The position numbers and the translations under genes were made by a program. From the NCBI GenBank assembly GCA_963921275.4, contig OZ001293.3, positions 4,512,001 to 4,576,000 of the forward strand: a stretch of 64,000 bases of DNA, read 5' to 3'. This DNA is from an uncultured Hormoscilla sp. (GTDB taxonomy: Bacteria > Cyanobacteriota > Cyanobacteriia > Cyanobacteriales > Desertifilaceae). Numbering within the stretch: the first letter of the stretch is position 1; every line of letters begins with the position of its first letter. This document shows positions 59,376 to 64,000 of this stretch, piece after piece. The notes beneath the pieces were generated by a model that saw only the letters and a program-made list of their open reading frames with translations, ran no database searches and was not told where the DNA came from.

Positions 59376-60290
59376 TTATACTAGAGAGACTGGGTAGATC
59401 CAGTCTGGGTAATTAGGAGCGCGATTTTCCATAATCGCCGTCAGTTTTTCTCGCAGTTTTTCCGTAATCGGTTTACTTGCGGGCAATTGATAATTTTCAA
59501 TCCGTTTTACTGGAGTAATCTTGGCAGCTGTCCCGCAGAGAAACACCTCGTCCGCAATCAAGAGTTCCGACTTATCCACCGGGCGTTCTGTGACTTTCAT
59601 CCCCAGGTCCGTCGCCATCTTAATAATACTATCTCTTGTGATTCCTTCCAGGATATCCTGTTCAAACCCAGGGGTAATCAGTGAGTCATTTATCACCAGA
59701 AAGATATTCATTCCCGTCGCTTCACAGACCTTTCCTTGAGAATTGATTAAAATCGCTTCATCAAAGCTAGACTCAAAAGCTTCCGTCTTAGCCAGAGAAG
59801 AGGTAATATAGGCTGCACTCAGCTTACCTCGGAGGGGAAAACTGCGGTCTTCTTGTCGATACCAAGAACTAATGCGACAGCTGACTCCCTCGGGGGACAA
59901 ATAATCTCCCAACTCCAACCCATAAACAAAAAAGTCTTTCTCAATCTTATGCAGTCTGGGAGAAATTCCCAAGCCTGACGTGTAGATGAAGGGTCGAATA
60001 TAGAAAGATTTTGTCGGCTGATTTTTCTTGACAAAATCAAGGATAACTGATTTAATTTTATCCGCTGGCAAGTCGTAGTGCAATAATTTAGCACTATTAC
60101 TTAACCTTTGGCAATGGCGGTCTAATCTGAACAGCAGTATTTGCTGCGGCTTTTGCGGATCTATTATCCCGCGCATCCCACCAAAGGCTCCAGTTCCATA
60201 ATGCAACCCATGGGTGGCAATGGAAATCTTAGCCTCAGCAAAAGGAACAAATTGGTTCTGAAAGTACGCAACTGGTAAAAAATTCTCCAT
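59376..60290 (-). CDS. ilvE: Branched-chain amino acid transaminase
   Basis: LHYGTGAFGGMRG, ILEGITRDS, EVFLCGTAA. Confidence 0.93.
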   Translation of the reverse strand: MENFLPVAYFQNQFVPFAEAKISIATHGLHYGTGAFGGMRGIIDPQKPQQILLFRLDRHCQRLSNSAKLLHYDLPADKIKSVILDFVKKNQPTKSFYIRPFIYTSGLGISPRLHKIEKDFFVYGLELGDYLSPEGVSCRISSWYRQEDRSFPLRGKLSAAYITSSLAKTEAFESSFDEAILINSQGKVCEATGMNIFLVINDSLITPGFEQDILEGITRDSIIKMATDLGMKVTERPVDKSELLIADEVFLCGTAAKITPVKRIENYQLPASKPITEKLREKLTAIMENRAPNYPDWIYPVSLV

Positions 60291-60302
60291 GTCTGTTATT
60301 AG

Positions 60303-60725
60303 TTATTTTTGGCAAACCCATTTCCACAAGGGGTGAGTTGGACCCTGCTGGCGAATGCGGCAAACTCCCGTTTCCAGACGCTTTTGGTACTGGGGCGGCA
60401 TTCCCAGCAGGATGTTACGGCTTTGCCAGACTAGGACTGCTGTGGTCGTGGCAACACAAAAACCCAGACCAAGAGCTGGCACCAGGTTGTAAGACATGCC
60501 GTAGCGCACTGCTGCCCAAGTAAAATGCGATCGCAACAGGTCAATCTCCGATCGCAAACTCCAGAGACTCAGGGAACCGACAGGGAGCCATAGCAACCCG
60601 ATCGCCAACCACCTGAGAGCAACTGTCAGGTGGTGTAACCTTTGGACTTGCGCCTTAAAGATAGCATCCGTTGTCAGGGATGAAGTCTCTTTTGCAGTTT
60701 CCATCTGTTTATAGTTATGCCTCAT
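60303..60725 (-). CDS. Conserved hypothetical membrane protein
   Basis: Two TM segments; in the secF-ilvE gene run; start uncertain. Confidence 0.7.
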   Translation of the reverse strand: MRHNYKQMETAKETSSLTTDAIFKAQVQRLHHLTVALRWLAIGLLWLPVGSLSLWSLRSEIDLLRSHFTWAAVRYGMSYNLVPALGLGFCVATTTAVLVWQSRNILLGMPPQYQKRLETGVCRIRQQGPTHPLWKWVCQK

Positions 60726-61704
60726 CAGAAGAGGCTAGTCCATCGGGTTGTTCGTCAGTAACCGCTGATGCCAATATAGCTTGACCCGTGCGTTCTCGCC
60801 ACCAAGCTAGCAGGGTACTAGCGATGAAGATACTAGAATAGGCACCTGAGATAAAGCCAACTATCAGGGCGAGGGCAAAGTATTTCAAGGTTTCGCCGCC
60901 GAACAGGAAGATGGACAATAATGGCAGTAGGGTAGTTAAGGTGGTATTGATAGACCGAGTCAGAGTTTGATTGACTGCATCATCTACCACTTGGTCGATG
61001 TGCTGGTCTGGGTGGAGTTTGATCGTCTCCCGCACCCGATCGTAGATCACGACAGTATCGTTAACGGAGAAGCCGATAATCGTCAGCAGGGCCACGACGA
61101 ACAAGCTATCCACTTCTAATCCCAGCACTAGACCCAACATAGAGAATACGCCTAGGGTAACAAAGACATCGTGGAACAGGGCCGCGAAGGCAAAAAAGGC
61201 GTAGTCTAGTTGGAATCTCCAAGTCAGGTAAAATGTAATGCCTCCGAAGGCGACTAGCAGGGCTAACAGACCAGAGGTAAACAGCTGTCGTCCTAGGGTC
61301 GGACCGACGGTGTCGATCTGGGTCTTTTGCGGGTCAAACTCCCCGATCTCCTCCTCTAGGGCTGTTTGCAGTTGGGTGCGTTCGGAAACATCTAAATCTT
61401 TGGTTCTAATGCTCAGGGCGTTACCTCGTTCGCCGACTATTTGGATGCTGCTATTGGCCAAACCCTGAGTTGCCATCACCCCTCGCACTGCGGCCAGGTC
61501 AATGGCCCGATCGCAGTTATTGGGTTGAGAACAGTCCCGTTCCAGTTGTAGCCTAGTACCGCCGACAAAATCCAGACTGGGACGCAGAGGTGCGCCGATG
61601 TCCGGTCGCGTCCAAGAAATGCCCATGGCCACCATCCCGGCCAGGACGATCGCCGCCGAAATTGACCACCAGAGCCCGCGTTGTTTGATAATCTTTAATC
61701 TCAT
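60715..61704 (-). CDS. secF: Protein translocase subunit SecF
   Basis: [29 protein letters not shown]. Confidence 0.97.
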   Translation of the reverse strand: MRLKIIKQRGLWWSISAAIVLAGMVAMGISWTRPDIGAPLRPSLDFVGGTRLQLERDCSQPNNCDRAIDLAAVRGVMATQGLANSSIQIVGERGNALSIRTKDLDVSERTQLQTALEEEIGEFDPQKTQIDTVGPTLGRQLFTSGLLALLVAFGGITFYLTWRFQLDYAFFAFAALFHDVFVTLGVFSMLGLVLGLEVDSLFVVALLTIIGFSVNDTVVIYDRVRETIKLHPDQHIDQVVDDAVNQTLTRSINTTLTTLLPLLSIFLFGGETLKYFALALIVGFISGAYSSIFIASTLLAWWRERTGQAILASAVTDEQPDGLASSDEA

Positions 61705-63116
61705 AACGTTGCTCCTGATTGGGATTTCGCGGACAATTGCAGATTAGGACAGAACAGTTCTGGCTTGCGCAACCCAGGAAATTGCAATACATAGAGCATC
61801 AGGGTCCGACTACAGGTGAGGGCAGTAAACATACTCACCACCACCCCCAGTCCCAGAGTCAGAGCAAAACCTCTGACCAGACCTGAACCCAACCAGAATA
61901 ATGCTATACAAGAAATCAAGGTAGTCACGTTGCCATCTAAAATGCTGGAGAAGGCCCGATAGAAACCAGATTCTACTCCACGATATAAGCTCTTGCCGCT
62001 GCGCAGTTCTTCACGAGTGCGCTCGAAAATCAACACGTTGGCATCAACTGCCATGCCGATACTCAGGATAAAACCGGCTATTCCGGGCAAGGTTAAGGTA
62101 ACACCCAATAGCTTGAAGGCGGCAAAGGTCAGCAGGGCGTAGACAATTAATGCTACATCTGCAATCAGACCGGGCAGGCGGTAGTAGGCCACCATGAAGA
62201 TTAACACTGCCACCAGACCTGCGATCGCGGCCTTAATGCTGCTAGAAATACTATCTCGTCCCAGAGTAGCACCTACAGTCCGGTTTTGCACCACTTCTAC
62301 GGGGACGGGTAAAGCGCCACCTCGCAGCTGTACTGCCAAGTCATTGGCTGATTCGACGGTAAAATTCCCAGTAATCGAGGCACTGCCCCCGATGATCCCT
62401 GTTTCGGCAAATTCTACTCCTACCGTCGGCGCACTGATCAGCCTGTCGTCCAGGAAAATGCCAATGCTGCGACCCGTACCCGCCAGGTTTTTGGTAATTT
62501 CTGCAAACTTATCGCCCCCGGCGCTATCGAAGCGAATAATAATTTCCCAGCTGCTGCCACCCTGACGGGGTTGGGTGAAAGCATCCTCCAGGTTGTTGCC
62601 AGTTAAACCGATGCGCTCAAACAAAGGTGCGATCGCCTCATTGGCGCTGTCGATCGCCGCCTGATTTTGGACGATCGCCTTAGCATCATCGCTAGGTCTG
62701 AGATCGAGCTGTTGTAATTCTAATATCCTGAGGATCTGGTATTGAGCGGCAAACTCATCTTCACTTCCCTGCTTCTGCTGGCGAAATTCTAGCTGGGCCG
62801 TACCACCCAAGACTCGTTCTGCTTGTGCCGGGTCATTCACCCCTGGCAGTTGTACTAATAGTTGTTCATTTCCTACTGTTTGCACCACAGACTCGGAAAC
62901 TCCCAGGGCATTCACCCGTCCTTCCACGACGCGCTGTACCGCTTCCAGGACTTGCGGAGTTATTTCCGTCACCTCGTCGGTCGTCTTAACTTGGAGGGTT
63001 AGTTGAGCGCCCCCCCTCAGATCCAATCCCAGTCTGGTTTCAAACTGCACCAATACCGTAATGGCGGCAACTACCAGCACCAGAATCAGAGCCAATATTG
63101 AACGTTGTTTTCGCAT
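61701..63116 (-). CDS. secD: Protein translocase subunit SecD
   Basis: [21 protein letters not shown]; start MRKQR at 63116. Confidence 0.97.
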   Translation of the reverse strand: MRKQRSILALILVLVVAAITVLVQFETRLGLDLRGGAQLTLQVKTTDEVTEITPQVLEAVQRVVEGRVNALGVSESVVQTVGNEQLLVQLPGVNDPAQAERVLGGTAQLEFRQQKQGSEDEFAAQYQILRILELQQLDLRPSDDAKAIVQNQAAIDSANEAIAPLFERIGLTGNNLEDAFTQPRQGGSSWEIIIRFDSAGGDKFAEITKNLAGTGRSIGIFLDDRLISAPTVGVEFAETGIIGGSASITGNFTVESANDLAVQLRGGALPVPVEVVQNRTVGATLGRDSISSSIKAAIAGLVAVLIFMVAYYRLPGLIADVALIVYALLTFAAFKLLGVTLTLPGIAGFILSIGMAVDANVLIFERTREELRSGKSLYRGVESGFYRAFSSILDGNVTTLISCIALFWLGSGLVRGFALTLGLGVVVSMFTALTCSRTLMLYVLQFPGLRKPELFCPNLQLSAKSQSGATL

Positions 63117-63176
63117 ACTACCACTTGTCTGCAATAAAAGATATGATATCCCGTCTAGAGTAATGTTCGTAGTAAT

Positions 63177-63235
63177 GTTCGTAGTAAGCACTAAAGTGCT
63201 TCCCGAGCGCAAGCACTTTAGTGCTTACTACGAAC
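63177..63235. repeat. Palindromic REP-like repeat GTTCGTAGTAAGCAC...GTGCTTACTACGAAC
   Basis: Perfect inverted arms; half copies at about 3533-3558 (supplying the birA stop) and 5255-5277. Confidence 0.75.
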
Positions 63236-63245
63236 TATCGCCAAC

Positions 63246-64000
63246 TCAAATCTGTAAAGTCGCCATTTTCTGTACCACTTCCACGATTTGCAGGGGTTGG
63301 ACGATCGTCAAGTTTTCCAGGGTGCCATTATAAGGGGTAGGGATATCCTGGGAAGAAAGCCGCAGCACTGGCGCATCCAGTTCGTCAAACAACCGTTCAT
63401 TAATGGAGGCGATCAATTCTGCGCCAATGCCACCAGTTTTCAGGCATTCTTCGACGATAATCACCCGATGGGTTTTGTGCACAGAAGCGCCAATAGTTTC
63501 AAAGTCTAGGGGTTTGAGAGACAATAGGTCAATCACCTCTGGGTCTAAACCCTCTTGTTCCAGGGTTTTCATGGCTTGCAGGACATGGTGGCGCATCCGA
63601 GAGTAAGTCAGAATAGTCACATCGGAGCCAGTGCGGACCACTTCCGCTTTATCCAGGGGTAGCAGATATTCCTGTTGTGGCAGGTGTTCTTTCAAGTTGT
63701 AAAGCAGGACATGCTCGAAGAAGAGTACGGGGTTATCGTCGCGAATGGCTGATTTTAGCAGTCCTTTAGCATTGTAGGGGGTGGAGCAGGCCACGATTTT
63801 CAGACCCGGGACTGCTTGGAAATATGCTTCCAGTCGCTGGGAATGTTCCGCACCCAGTTGCCGCCCGACGCCACCGGGACCCCGAATCACCATGGGAATT
63901 TTGAAATTTCCGCCTGATGTATAGCGCAGCATGCCTGCATTATTGGAGATTTGGTTGAAGGCCAGGAGCAAAAAGCCCATATTCATACCTTCGATGATCG
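63246..64000 (-). CDS. pdhB: Pyruvate dehydrogenase E1 beta subunit (5' end outside the window)
   Basis: [33 protein letters not shown]. Confidence 0.96.
   Translation of the reverse strand, partial: IIEGMNMGFLLLAFNQISNNAGMLRYTSGGNFKIPMVIRGPGGVGRQLGAEHSQRLEAYFQAVPGLKIVACSTPYNAKGLLKSAIRDDNPVLFFEHVLLYNLKEHLPQQEYLLPLDKAEVVRTGSDVTILTYSRMRHHVLQAMKTLEQEGLDPEVIDLLSLKPLDFETIGASVHKTHRVIIVEECLKTGGIGAELIASINERLFDELDAPVLRLSSQDIPTPYNGTLENLTIVQPLQIVEVVQKMATLQI

Noticed and set aside
63117..63212. N-terminal extension of SecD in the ORF track
   Set aside because: It runs through a palindromic repeat; the ATG at 63116 gives the normal start.

Overview
A 64-kb chromosomal window from a filamentous (Oscillatoriales-like) cyanobacterium; HIP1 (GCGATCGC) is abundant. 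Intact housekeeping blocks are birA/pgeF, two M16 peptidases, the atpI-B-E-F'-F-H-A-G operon, apcE-A-B-C-ftsW, scpB, htrA, pcyA, larB/cpmA, two peptide-ABC binding proteins and pdhB-secD-secF-ilvE. Between them lies heavily eroded accessory DNA with many pseudogenes and IS982, IS5, IS4, IS630 and ISKra4 elements. The most interesting signals are non-coding. (1) A family of ORF-less group IIB introns (6 copies or fragments). It includes a twintron whose inner intron has EBS1/EBS2 aimed at a conserved domain I sequence of its own family, and a full-length copy in an ISKra4 transposase with matching EBS/IBS, a 3' end apparently shifted by 1 nt, an expanded domain II and a mispaired domain V shared by two copies. 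(2) Very small mobile repeats that insert after (C/T/G)CGA in co-oriented local clusters: a 24-bp frame-preserving element (5 copies in one transposase, 1 in a HIP1 site of larB) and a 53-60-bp element (5 copies in 750 bp). (3) Nested insertions, a 56-64-bp palindromic MITE and an ~86-bp tandem array. All calls are by eye; no database searches or folding programs were run.
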